From Candidatus Omnitrophota bacterium (GTDB lineage: Bacteria; Omnitrophota; Gorgyraeia; B26-G9; JBDRCZ01), in assembly GCA_043821285.1 (NCBI GenBank), contig JBDRCZ010000017.1, positions 15,947 through 79,946 of the forward strand: a stretch of DNA of 64,000 nt, written 5' to 3'. How positions within the stretch are numbered: position 1 is the stretch's first letter; each line of letters opens with the position of its first letter. The notes beneath the pieces are model-generated. The model searched no databases. It saw only the letters and a list, made by a program, of their open reading frames with translations, and had not been told where the DNA came from. Both the position numbers and the translations under genes were made by a program. Below, in pieces: positions 20,042-29,832 of the stretch.

Positions 20042-20992
20042 ATGAAAAACAGTAAATCTTTAATTTTGGCATTAATATTTATTTTTCTTGATCCGGCGCA
20101 CCTGGTTGCCGCATCGGATAAATTTGCCGGTATGGTTTGTGCTGACCGGGTTAATGTCCGTGCCGGGCCAAGTACTAATTTTGAGCCGCTGTTTCAATTA
20201 GAGAAATCAGCAATTGTTAAGGTGCTGGGAGAAAATTCCGATTGGTACCGGATTGTCCTTCCAGAAGAGGCATCATGTTTTATTAGCGCTAAATATTTGG
20301 AAAAAATAGATAATAATTATTTTAGAATTACCGGTAAAAATGTGAATGTCCGAGGTGGCCCGAGCACAAACTATAATGTTCTTTGTCAGGTAAATACCGG
20401 TGATACAATTTTTGTTAGAGAAATTAAAGACGATTGGGCAAAAATTTATCCGCCGCAGGACTCAGCGGGATGGATACATAAAGACTATGTAAAGTATTAT
20501 ACTACGCTTGCCAGATATGCAATCGAAGAGCAGAAAGAGCAGGAAACTGTTCAACTGTTTGCTGCCGCTGAAGAAGAATATTGCAAAATGCAGAAAAAGA
20601 CAATGCTTGATGCAGATTTTTCCAGTCTGCTTATCAAATACAAACAGATTTTAGATAAATATAACCCTACGGCAGAACAATCAAGGCTTATCCAACAGAG
20701 AATAGACGAGCTTTGTAATAAAGCAAAAGAGATTGCCTTGCTTAAAAATGATTTATATACCCGTCATACGCCATTGGCGGTCGGGAAAATACAGGATTTA
20801 GGGTGGTATATTAAACGGCCAGGAACGCATAAATTAATTGATCATAATAAAAATACATTATATTATTTAAAAGGCGACCGGAAACTTTTAAATCAATATG
20901 CCAATGAATATGTAAAAATATGGGGCACATTAGAACAAGAAAGACGTTATAAACATTCAATAATTATTGTTGAAAAGATCGAACCAATGTAG
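20042..20992 (+). CDS. secreted protein with two bacterial SH3 (SH3b) domains
   Basis: Signal peptide; duplicated VNVRxGPSTN...DW(Y/A)(R/K)I motif. Confidence 0.55.
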   Translation: MKNSKSLILALIFIFLDPAHLVAASDKFAGMVCADRVNVRAGPSTNFEPLFQLEKSAIVKVLGENSDWYRIVLPEEASCFISAKYLEKIDNNYFRITGKNVNVRGGPSTNYNVLCQVNTGDTIFVREIKDDWAKIYPPQDSAGWIHKDYVKYYTTLARYAIEEQKEQETVQLFAAAEEEYCKMQKKTMLDADFSSLLIKYKQILDKYNPTAEQSRLIQQRIDELCNKAKEIALLKNDLYTRHTPLAVGKIQDLGWYIKRPGTHKLIDHNKNTLYYLKGDRKLLNQYANEYVKIWGTLEQERRYKHSIIIVEKIEPM

Positions 20993-20996
20993 CAAA

Positions 20997-21569
20997 ATGA
21001 ATAGTATTGCCAGATATATTACCACATTACCGGCCTTTTTAACCGCGGTTGTAATACACGAATATGCCCATGGCTGGATTGCTTATAAATTAGGCGATAA
21101 TACGGCAAAAGACAGCGGAAGACTGACCTTAAATCCACTAAGCCATATTGATCCGATCGGGACAGTAGTATTACCACTATTTTTAATACTAACACGTTCA
21201 CCGATTGTGTTTGGCTGGGCAAAACCTGTCCCAGTTAATATTTATAATTTAAGAAACCCAAAACGTGACATGATTTGGGTGGGATTAGCTGGACCGCTGG
21301 CTAATTTTTTAGGCGTATTTATTTTTTACAACTTTTTCCGCTTACAGATATTTCCTGAATTTAGTGCTGCGGCATATTTTTTAGAGACAGCTGTAGTGAT
21401 TAATTTAATTTTGGGGATTTTCAATCTTATCCCTATGCCTCCTTTGGATGGTTCAAAAATAGTAATTGGACTGTTGCCAAGGAGACTGGCTTATAATTAT
21501 AGCCGTATCGAACCATATGGAGTTGTTATCTTAATCCTGCTTTTGTTATTATTACAATCAATATTTTAG
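20997..21569 (+). CDS. site-2 protease (M50) family zinc metalloprotease-like membrane protein
   Basis: VIHEYAHGW HExxH; LTLNPLSHIDPIGT; multiple TM helices. Confidence 0.75.
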   Translation: MNSIARYITTLPAFLTAVVIHEYAHGWIAYKLGDNTAKDSGRLTLNPLSHIDPIGTVVLPLFLILTRSPIVFGWAKPVPVNIYNLRNPKRDMIWVGLAGPLANFLGVFIFYNFFRLQIFPEFSAAAYFLETAVVINLILGIFNLIPMPPLDGSKIVIGLLPRRLAYNYSRIEPYGVVILILLLLLLQSIF

Positions 21570-21672
21570 CTTGTGGAAACGAAATAGCATTTGACATTTT
21601 CGTGCTTTAAAAACCGCGTGAACATACCTTGTTATTTTTGATTATAATCTGTCCAAACATGGAGAGATAGCC

Positions 21673-22758
21673 GTGATTAGGGTTAAATTAAATAGCCGTA
21701 GTTATAATATTGTTGTTGAATCGGATAATTTAAAAAAATTTGCAAAAATTGCAAAAAGATTAAGCCTGGGACCGGATGCAGTCATTATAACTAATAATCA
21801 GATAAGACAGTATTATGGACAAAGACTTACAAAAGTATTAATGTTAGAAAAATTTAATACATTTTTTATAACAGTTTTGGATTCGGAAAAAAGTAAATCT
21901 TTGGACATATACAAAAGTGTTATTTCAAAAATTACCCGTTTAGATAAAAAACGAAAACTTTTTCTTATCGCATTTGGCGGAGGGGTAATTGGGGATCTTA
22001 CCGGGTTCATTGCCGCAACGTATAAACGTGGTATTCCATATTTACAACTTCCGTCAACCTTACTTGCCCAGGTTGACTCGGCAATTGGCGGTAAAACGGG
22101 CATTGATTTACCTGCAGGTAAAAATTTAGTCGGGGCAATTTACCAGCCACGCGTGGTATTTTCTGATATTTCACTGCTTAAGACCCTGCCACGAAGACAA
22201 ATTATCAGCGGGATGGCCGAGGTTATCAAATACGCAGTTATTTTTGACCGGAATTTATTTATTTTTTTGGATAAGAACGCAAAGGAAATCCTGAACCTTA
22301 AGCCAGATAAAATCTTATATATAGTTAAAAGATGCAGCCAGCTAAAGGCAGAAGTTGTATCGAGAGATGAATTTGAGAAAAAGGGCTATCGTACTCTGCT
22401 CAATCTGGGACACACCATCGGCCATGCAATTGAGGCGGCAGGTAGTTATTCCTCATCTTACAGCCATGGTGAGGCAATTGCGGTGGGTCTAATCTGCGCC
22501 GCAGAAATTTCACACGCATTGGGAATTATGGAAAAGGGAGAGCTTAACCGTATTGAGGAGTTAATCTTAAAATATAATCTACCAAATAAAATTAAACATT
22601 GTAGCATAAAAGCAATTATGCGTGCGCAGATGCATGATAAGAAATACATACACCGGAAAAACAGATTAGTACTACCGGCTAAAATCGGCCATACCATCGT
22701 CGTAGAAGACATTTCCGAGAAGCTGATTAAGAAAATTATTCAGCAACACAGAGTTTAA
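21673..22758 (+). CDS. aroB: 3-dehydroquinate synthase
   Basis: GGGVIGDLTGFIAATYKRGIPYLQLPSTLLAQVDSAIGGKTGID. Confidence 0.9.
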   Translation: MIRVKLNSRSYNIVVESDNLKKFAKIAKRLSLGPDAVIITNNQIRQYYGQRLTKVLMLEKFNTFFITVLDSEKSKSLDIYKSVISKITRLDKKRKLFLIAFGGGVIGDLTGFIAATYKRGIPYLQLPSTLLAQVDSAIGGKTGIDLPAGKNLVGAIYQPRVVFSDISLLKTLPRRQIISGMAEVIKYAVIFDRNLFIFLDKNAKEILNLKPDKILYIVKRCSQLKAEVVSRDEFEKKGYRTLLNLGHTIGHAIEAAGSYSSSYSHGEAIAVGLICAAEISHALGIMEKGELNRIEELILKYNLPNKIKHCSIKAIMRAQMHDKKYIHRKNRLVLPAKIGHTIVVEDISEKLIKKIIQQHRV

Positions 22759-22759
22759 G

Positions 22760-23155
22760 ATGATTAGTTTTGAAGTTTCAACTCGATCACGTATAGAATT
22801 TATAGATATCACTGCAAAGATCAATCAAATTATCCAAAAAAATAGCATCAGTGAAGGGATATGTGTGATATTTGTACCACATACAACCGCCGCAATAACA
22901 ATTAATGAAAAAGCCGACCCGGCGGTAGTAAAAGATATAATCAAATATTTAAATAAAACCATTCCTAAAGATGGCGATTATCGTCACATAGAGAGCAACT
23001 CTGACGCACATATAAAATCAACACTTATCGGCAACAGTCAATCCATCGCTATTCATAATTCAAATCTCGCCTTAGGTACCTGGCAGGGGATATATTTTTG
23101 CGAATTTGATGGGCCACGTCGAAGAAAGGTTTGGGTCGAGACTGTTTCTGTTTAA
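22760..23155 (+). CDS. YjbQ/UPF0047 family protein
   Basis: Family-typical 131 aa; VPHTTAAITINE...IHNSNLALGTWQGIYFCEFDGPR. Confidence 0.8.
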   Translation: MISFEVSTRSRIEFIDITAKINQIIQKNSISEGICVIFVPHTTAAITINEKADPAVVKDIIKYLNKTIPKDGDYRHIESNSDAHIKSTLIGNSQSIAIHNSNLALGTWQGIYFCEFDGPRRRKVWVETVSV

Positions 23156-23505
23156 AAAATTGTACCATAATTTCCTGAGGTAATTGATCAGTATTGTAAT
23201 GTGGCAATTAAAGACGGAGCATAGATATCCACCACTAAGATTGACGAATTAAATTCGTATAAATAATTTACGCCGCTTTTTACTCCGTAAATTATACACT
23301 CAATGAAGCTACCCTGCAGCAAGAGACGTGGTATCTTCATACACGGAAAATGCAAGCATTTTTCGGTCATCCGGCCTAGAGGCGATGCAAGCGAAATTGT
23401 CTTCGCCCCGCCACGGCGGCGGATCTTCGACAATTTCGCAAAAAACAAAAACCTTTTACCCTGTACAAGCTACAGGTAATACTCAAGTTTAAGGAGGTGA
23501 AAAAG

Positions 23506-23976
23506 ATGTCGCTTGCAATTAAGGAATTTGAATCATGTTATGGATTGGCGGTGAGAAAATTAATCCTGAAAATTTTATTATCGGAATTTCCAGAAACAAT
23601 GGTAGCCTATCCAAGTACAGATCTGGAAGATATTACTGGTAATTATGGCGGCAAACGGGAAAGATTTTTTATTGCATTAGATGAGGAAAAAGTAGTCGGA
23701 ACAATTGCCGTCAAAGAAGATGATAAAAAAAATGCACTACTCCGGCGTATTTATGTACATCCTAATTATCGGAACAAAGGCTACGGCAAAATGCTGCTTA
23801 AGACCGCCATAGATTTTGCTAAAAGCCAAGGTTATCGCCGAATCGTTTTTCGTTCCACAGATAAAATGTCACTTGCTAATTTACTTTGTAAAAAAAACGG
23901 TTTTAATGAAGTATCTCAGGTAGGTTTTGGGGGAATAAAAATCGTGGAATTTGCCCATATTTTTAAGAACAAATAA
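23506..23976 (+). CDS. GNAT-family N-acetyltransferase
   Basis: RRIYVHPNYRNKGYGKMLL motif A; AAGGAGG SD 8 nt upstream of ATG 23506. Confidence 0.8.
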   Translation: MSLAIKEFESCYGLAVRKLILKILLSEFPETMVAYPSTDLEDITGNYGGKRERFFIALDEEKVVGTIAVKEDDKKNALLRRIYVHPNYRNKGYGKMLLKTAIDFAKSQGYRRIVFRSTDKMSLANLLCKKNGFNEVSQVGFGGIKIVEFAHIFKNK

Positions 23977-24200
23977 TTACGATATAACTGGCCTGACCAA
24001 AAATCCCCAGTTTTCCCGTACAAACCAACGTAATCAAATTAACAGGTTATGCACAGGAGATATATAACTGCTATAACTTATTTAAAATAAACAAGTTATA
24101 GCAGTTAATCGCTAATATTGTAGTTAACATAAGATACATTATAGGAAGTTAAGGATGGGCCAAGCAAGGCTGGGTTTGCTTGGGTATTTCGGAGTTTTGA

Positions 24201-25373
24201 ATGAAAAAATATTTAAAAACCTGGTCAAAATCACTGCCAGAACTCCTATTTTCCATAATATTCTTGGCCGGCATCATATTTCGGCTCTTAATGCTGCTAA
24301 AGTATAAAAATGTCCCACTGACATTTGATGCTAAAGGATATTATGACATGGCAGTTAACATGACCAATTTCTATGCAGCAAGCTTTCGGGAGCCTTTTTA
24401 CATTTTAATTGTTAAAATGTTTGTTAAGTTAACCGGATTAGGTGAGTTTGCTGTGCGCATTCAATCTTTTACCTTTTCTGTTTTTAGTATACTAATATTG
24501 TATTTATTAGGGCTAAGATTATTTAACCGTTTTGTCGGTATATGTTCTGCTGTATTCCTGTCCTTAAACCCCTTTTTAATTTACAATTGTACCCGCGGCC
24601 TGCGTACAGAAATTACAATTTTTCTATTACTTATTTTTACCTTTATTGCATTTCCCCTGAACTTTTTGTGCAATAACGCAAAATTAATAATTCTGACATT
24701 TATTGCGGCCGCCTTATCCCTTATAAAAATTTATTATTTACCAATTATGATTTTGCTTATATTTTATATATTTTTTAAAGAAAAATGTCCCGCTTGGTTT
24801 TTAAAAACAATGATTGCATTTATTGTCGTAATTTTATTAGTTATGCCGTTTCTTATCAGCAATAAAAATACATATAATGACATGTTCTGCATTTCTAATA
24901 TGAATGCTGTTTTTTGGCGTAATCAGGAATTTGCTGGTAAACCCGGGTTCCCCACTATTGCAGAAGTCAAAAAAAATCCTTACATTGGGCCAAAAATAAC
25001 TACATTTGATTATTTATTTAAACTGCACAGCATTAGGGAAGTTATTATGCGGTTTATACAAGGGTATTATTTTTGCATCTTTAAATATATTTATCAAACA
25101 ATGTGGATTTTTAGCCCGCTGGTTTATTTTGGTATGATCGGCATAATTGCTATGCTTTTTACCGACAAAAGATTATTTGTTTTATTAATGCTCATTGTAA
25201 TTTTGCCGAATGTATTTATATTACCAATCAATACGATTGGATATATCAGAGTCGACCGTCGTTTTGCAATGGTCATGTACCCATTTTTTTCCATATGTAT
25301 CAGCTATGGGATTTATTTTGTGTTTACAAAAATAAAGAATTTTAGGGATAGCAATGCTAAATTAAAAGCCTAA
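24201..25373 (+). CDS. polytopic membrane protein, GT-C (ArnT/PMT-like) glycosyltransferase fold
   Basis: >10 predicted TM helices; N-terminal loop YYDMAVNMT...REPFY typical of GT39/83. Confidence 0.4.
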   Translation: MKKYLKTWSKSLPELLFSIIFLAGIIFRLLMLLKYKNVPLTFDAKGYYDMAVNMTNFYAASFREPFYILIVKMFVKLTGLGEFAVRIQSFTFSVFSILILYLLGLRLFNRFVGICSAVFLSLNPFLIYNCTRGLRTEITIFLLLIFTFIAFPLNFLCNNAKLIILTFIAAALSLIKIYYLPIMILLIFYIFFKEKCPAWFLKTMIAFIVVILLVMPFLISNKNTYNDMFCISNMNAVFWRNQEFAGKPGFPTIAEVKKNPYIGPKITTFDYLFKLHSIREVIMRFIQGYYFCIFKYIYQTMWIFSPLVYFGMIGIIAMLFTDKRLFVLLMLIVILPNVFILPINTIGYIRVDRRFAMVMYPFFSICISYGIYFVFTKIKNFRDSNAKLKA

Positions 25374-25575
25374 ATTTTCATCGCTTTGAGGATTAAACTT
25401 GATTATTCCCTGTAGTTTGGCTATATGGTGATCTATTGGATGGAAAGTTTGAAAACCGTAGGTTTTCAAATGGATAAAAAATTTCCGTTGCTGCATTGCC
25501 TCATCAGCTTGGCAAAAGACCCTGTAATCTTGCTACAGGGATGGTCAAGCTAATGGAAATTTTTTATTAACCGAT

Positions 25576-26667
25576 TTATTTAGATTTTGTCATTTGGATT
25601 TTGGAATTAGTTTGTGGATTTTCCTGCGTTTCATTAATTGCCCTTATTGGATATGGTATAATTATGCCTTCTTTGGCATAGCGCGCGTGCAGCGCCTTGA
25701 TAAATTCATGTTTTATCAGGTAATTATCGACAAATTCCTTTGCCCGCAGGATGACGGTAAAATCAATACTATAGGCATTAAACGTGTGATAGCGGATAAA
25801 CGGCTTAAAATCAGCAACTCCGCCGGTAACCGTTTTCATAATTTTCTCCCCGACTTCAATCGTAACCCGCTCCACCTGTGTTAGGTCGGAGTCATAATGC
25901 ACGCCTACCTGTACAAGCACCGCCAAGTCAGTTGACGGATAATAATAATTGAGCACTTTGGAGTTGACCAAGACCTTATTCGGGATAACCACAATATTAT
26001 TTGGCAGCATTTTCACCCAGGTAGACCTCCACCCGATCTTTTCAACATACCCCTCTTCCCCTGAGTCAAGCTTAATAAACTGCCCTTTTTGTATTGGCTT
26101 ATCAATAACAATTTGTACCCCCGAGAAAAAATTTTCCAGTGTTGGCTGAAGCGCCAATGCCACGGCTAAAGAACCAATACCTAAAGAAGCAATCAGCGGT
26201 GTAATCGATATACCAAAACTATCCATTAATATAAGAATACCAATAACAATGACAATTGCGCGGACAACTCCCTGGGTAATACTCCCGGAGGTTTTTAATA
26301 TTTCTACTTTTTCAGAATATAGCTGAATTAAGTTTTTAAGTAATTTATCTAAAAAAATAATTACCGCGACAATGGTTGTTGCCTTAAACGCAACAAAGAT
26401 ATATTTTGTAAGTTCGGCGTCTTTTGCCAGTGGGGAGAACTGTTGCAACACCAGTCCCCCGCTAACATAGATAAATAGTGTCAAGGGAAATTGTAATGCG
26501 GCAATAAAGATATCATCAAGCTGGGTATGCGTTCGTTGGGCAAAGCGTTGAATACGGTTGAATACAATCCGGCGGACAATAAAAAGTCCACTTACCCAGA
26601 CAAAATAGATTACTGGTGCATATATCCATGCCGGCACGGAAATTCCAAATAATACTAAGTTTTTCAT
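25576..26667 (-). CDS. mechanosensitive ion channel, MscS family
   Basis: TM helices followed by ALALQPTLENFFSGVQIVIDKPIQKGQFI beta-domain. Confidence 0.85.
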   Translation of the reverse strand: MKNLVLFGISVPAWIYAPVIYFVWVSGLFIVRRIVFNRIQRFAQRTHTQLDDIFIAALQFPLTLFIYVSGGLVLQQFSPLAKDAELTKYIFVAFKATTIVAVIIFLDKLLKNLIQLYSEKVEILKTSGSITQGVVRAIVIVIGILILMDSFGISITPLIASLGIGSLAVALALQPTLENFFSGVQIVIDKPIQKGQFIKLDSGEEGYVEKIGWRSTWVKMLPNNIVVIPNKVLVNSKVLNYYYPSTDLAVLVQVGVHYDSDLTQVERVTIEVGEKIMKTVTGGVADFKPFIRYHTFNAYSIDFTVILRAKEFVDNYLIKHEFIKALHARYAKEGIIIPYPIRAINETQENPQTNSKIQMTKSK

Positions 26668-26700
26668 TTTTTTAGAATAATATATTTGCTGACGCGGTTT

Positions 26701-26970
26701 TCATGGACAATGGGTCAGGTCGGGTTCTAGTTTTAACGCTAATTCCTCGATCTTAGGAAGAATTGCATTCAAATATCCTGCTATTTCTGAGTGTTCAGCC
26801 CGGGTTATCATGATCAAGAGATTTTCCCGTGGGATAGGATTAATATTTTTAGTGTCATACGGGGGGATCAGCGGCTGAACATGGTCTATACTAAAAAAAA
26901 CACCCTGCGCCTGGGCTACCAGAGGTATAAAAACAAATACAAACAGTAATACAAGGGATATCTTTTTCAT
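26701..26970 (-). CDS. small secreted hypothetical protein
   Basis: Signal peptide LVLLFVFVFIPLVAQAQG. Confidence 0.3.
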   Translation of the reverse strand: MKKISLVLLFVFVFIPLVAQAQGVFFSIDHVQPLIPPYDTKNINPIPRENLLIMITRAEHSEIAGYLNAILPKIEELALKLEPDLTHCP

Positions 26971-27147
26971 TTTCCCCTCCTATTATTTTTTGGGGTTCTG
27001 TCAAAACTTACCTAAACTTTTAATAAGCAATGCAGATTACAAACGACTAATTATATTATATACTTATTTTCAATGGAAAGTCAAGAAAATAATGCCCTAC
27101 GTGACTTAGGAATATCAAATGTTTAATGACAAATCTCAAATGAATTT

Positions 27148-27954
27148 TTAAATAACTTCAAAGCTAAGCCCCCAGCATAGCTGGGGGCTTAGCTTTGAAG
27201 TTATTTTTTTCTTTTCCTTATCAGATATGCTATTTTCTTCAGTTATAAGTTTCAAAATTAACTGAGAGGGCTTAACGGATTGTTTTAATTTTCTTAGATC
27301 CGGCAAGTCACGTACCTTTTTATTTGTATCTACATATTTATTTTTTATTTTCATGGCAAACGCTTCATCTCCCAGAATACAGCCTTTTAACGTCAGTTTT
27401 TGCAAAGGGAATTTTTCTTTTAACATTCCTGCTGCAACAAACTGCCGATATGATTTTTTGCTCTCAAAAGAAGCCATTATGGTTTTTGTTTCCATGTAGT
27501 TAGGCAATATTTTTGAACCAACATAGTAATGATAACTGCACCAGGGATATTCATAAGGTGTATTAGATAATCCGGCAGCGACGGCGTTAAGATGTATGTA
27601 GCGTGACAGTTCATTAAGGTATGCATCTTTATCAACAACAATTGCTTTATATCTGCCTTGAAAGAGGTGTCCTACCCTCTTTTGTGCTTTATTATAATAT
27701 GTGGTGTAGCTTGAATTTATATACTGCATGCACCGGCTTAAATTAGCATATGGAGTTTCCATAAGCAAGTGATAATGATTAGGCATTAAACAATAGGCAT
27801 GAATTATAAAGCTAAAACGCAGGTATGCATTTTTAATATAAAATAAAAACTTATCTTTATCATAATCAGTAGTAAATATTTCATTTTTATCATTTCCTCT
27901 GGCACTGATATGATAAAAGGCTCCTGGATATTCAATTCTTAATGGTCTAGCCAT
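27148..27954 (-). CDS. IS200/IS605-like Y1 (HuH) transposase family protein (COG1943-type, long form)
   Basis: LMPNHYHLLM HuH motif, conserved Tyr region, 268 aa. Confidence 0.75.
   Translation of the reverse strand: MARPLRIEYPGAFYHISARGNDKNEIFTTDYDKDKFLFYIKNAYLRFSFIIHAYCLMPNHYHLLMETPYANLSRCMQYINSSYTTYYNKAQKRVGHLFQGRYKAIVVDKDAYLNELSRYIHLNAVAAGLSNTPYEYPWCSYHYYVGSKILPNYMETKTIMASFESKKSYRQFVAAGMLKEKFPLQKLTLKGCILGDEAFAMKIKNKYVDTNKKVRDLPDLRKLKQSVKPSQLILKLITEENSISDKEKKKITSKLSPQLCWGLSFEVI
27154..27202. repeat. perfect 23-bp-arm palindrome (loop ATA) at 3' end of IS200-like transposase gene, followed by T8
   Basis: AACTTCAAAGCTAAGCCCCCAGC-ATA-GCTGGGGGCTTAGCTTTGAAGTT; encodes the last residues of the transposase ORF on the minus strand. 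Confidence 0.7.
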
Positions 27955-28035
27955 AACCTCTCTTTCTGATGATAATAACCTTCGTATATATTATAGGCGT
28001 TATAGTCAATTTTGGCAAATGGCGAGGTCTGACCC

Positions 28036-28449
28036 CTACTTATTTTTATTTACTACTGATACCAGCTTTTTATTATCATGGGAGTCAATAATTATCATAC
28101 AGGTGTTAGAGTTTGTACATTTACAGGTTGTACCGTATATGTAATTAATATTAATTCCCGCGGCCTTTATTTTTCCGGCCATTTGTGCGGCTTGTCCGGG
28201 TTTATCTTCCAACTGTATTAAGACTACCTCCTGTTCGCTGATCGCATAATCTTTGGCTTTTAATGCGGACGCTGCTTTTCTGTTATCAGAAGTAATTAAG
28301 TAAAAATGTGCTTTATCTTGCATTGCGTAGGCACAGATTGCGGATATATTTGCACCAGCTGCGGATATTGCCAGACTTACCTCTTGCAGTATGCCAACCT
28401 TATTTTCCGTAATTACCGTTAGTTGTTTTATAATTTCTGCCTTAGCCAT
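28036..28449 (-). CDS. tandem ACT-domain protein
   Basis: Two ~65-aa ACT-like repeats (VITENKVGIL...; VLIQLEDKPGQAA...). Confidence 0.5.
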   Translation of the reverse strand: MAKAEIIKQLTVITENKVGILQEVSLAISAAGANISAICAYAMQDKAHFYLITSDNRKAASALKAKDYAISEQEVVLIQLEDKPGQAAQMAGKIKAAGININYIYGTTCKCTNSNTCMIIIDSHDNKKLVSVVNKNK

Positions 28450-28633
28450 ATCTCTCCCCCCTTATTTTTTGCTCCGCAAAAAATAGAGCAATTGAAAATA
28501 GATAATGGAACATAGAGAAATTTTCTATTGTGGTCTATTGTTCAATTTTCTATTTTCAAAACCCTTTTCATGACCTGCCACAATATTATCAGATCTTCGA
28601 CTTGTTAATCAGAAAATGCAACGCATTTTCTAT

Positions 28634-28930
28634 CTATTGTTTAGTACTACTATATAAGTCATCATACCTAAGCTTAAAATCCGCGTTAAGATTTCTAAAT
28701 TCTAAGATAATTGCTCTTAGAGGAATTCTTGCTAAATTACTATACGCAGAGAAGCTATCGGATAATTTTCTCAGTATGGTCCGTTCATCGCCTTTATAGC
28801 TAAGCACGTTACCTTGCTCATTCACTTGAAGCCCCTGAATTTTTAAAACAGCATTGAACGTTTTTTCTTCTCCCAGTAAACGCAGTTCTCTTTGTATCAC
28901 CGCCGTAAAAAATGCCTTATAGTCAGTCAT
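28634..28930 (-). CDS. hypothetical protein
   Basis: ORF only, co-directional between H-NOX-like and ACT genes. Confidence 0.3.
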   Translation of the reverse strand: MTDYKAFFTAVIQRELRLLGEEKTFNAVLKIQGLQVNEQGNVLSYKGDERTILRKLSDSFSAYSNLARIPLRAIILEFRNLNADFKLRYDDLYSSTKQ

Positions 28931-28968
28931 TATCCTAACCCTTTTTTTATTTTTCCGGTACTAAATAA

Positions 28969-29508
28969 TTATTTATTAAACTTGATTATGACCTTACAAT
29001 AATCGTCGCCTTTTTTTATACATAAAGGTTCTTCAATCGTTCCTTCTTCCTGATAAGCGTCAAGGGTGAACTGGACAAGGGATTTTAAAAAAACACAAAG
29101 TTTATTTGGCGAGTTATACATATAGGTTAGCTCATTCTCTGTTTCTTTTAAAATTGTAAGTTTTGCGGTTGGTGTGCCGGCTAACGTTGGCAGTTCAATA
29201 TGATGCCCGGGAACACGGCGCAGCGCCTCTTTAGCACTCCCGGCATCTTCAAAATATCCGGGAAAAGTATTGCTGATCACTTGTCCGGCAAATTTGCCAA
29301 ATTTATCTTCAACTACTTCCGGTGCTTCGCTAAAACATGCCGCGGCTTCTCGATAAAGTTTTTGAAACTCTACTTCCGGATATATTCTTTCATCCTGATA
29401 TTTATCAGTTATCCCTATTTTTTTCATCAGGTCGTTTTTTTTATCCGGTCCCTTTTCTTTTTCCACAAAGGCAAGCAATATATTATTGACTATTCCCATC
29501 ATCAGCAA
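28969..29508 (-). CDS. H-NOX (heme NO/O2-binding) domain protein, stand-alone
   Basis: Aligns along full length to the H-NOX fold pattern (N-terminal GxVxxxxxxFV...G; F..YF; proximal His in HHIELPT + Pro; YxSxx...; C-terminal KVxIKF). The YxSxR Arg appears substituted. Confidence 0.55.
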   Translation of the reverse strand: MLMMGIVNNILLAFVEKEKGPDKKNDLMKKIGITDKYQDERIYPEVEFQKLYREAAACFSEAPEVVEDKFGKFAGQVISNTFPGYFEDAGSAKEALRRVPGHHIELPTLAGTPTAKLTILKETENELTYMYNSPNKLCVFLKSLVQFTLDAYQEEGTIEEPLCIKKGDDYCKVIIKFNK

Positions 29509-29810
29509 TCCCCCCTTTGTACATGGTTTATTAGATTTTAACAGGATTAGAGGTGATTGTCAAGGATATATCGTGAAAAAGTAAGAAAAATCGTATTGTG
29601 TATTGAGTATTGTGGTTAAGAAATCTATCCACGAATGGTACAAAAAGCAGCGTTAATGACGAATGACGAAATCAGAACATTAAAATAAAAAACTCAAAAA
29701 AAGAAAATTAAATTTTAGCCACGAAATACACGAATCGCACGAAAAAAGAAAAGAGAATAAAAAGAAAAATATTTAACCACGAAGATCACGAAGTTTTTTT
29801 GTGAGAATAA

Positions 29811-29832
29811 TTTTTTGTCATAAGACAAAAAA
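29811..29832. terminator. palindromic terminator at 3' end of member A
   Basis: TTTTTTGTCATAAGACAAAAAA immediately 3' of the stop. Confidence 0.45.

Noticed and set aside
23188-23448. 86-aa minus-strand ORF in the aroB/YjbQ-GNAT spacer
   Set aside because: No SD. Translation has no recognisable features. Overlaps the GC-rich structured element, so the region is more likely non-coding.
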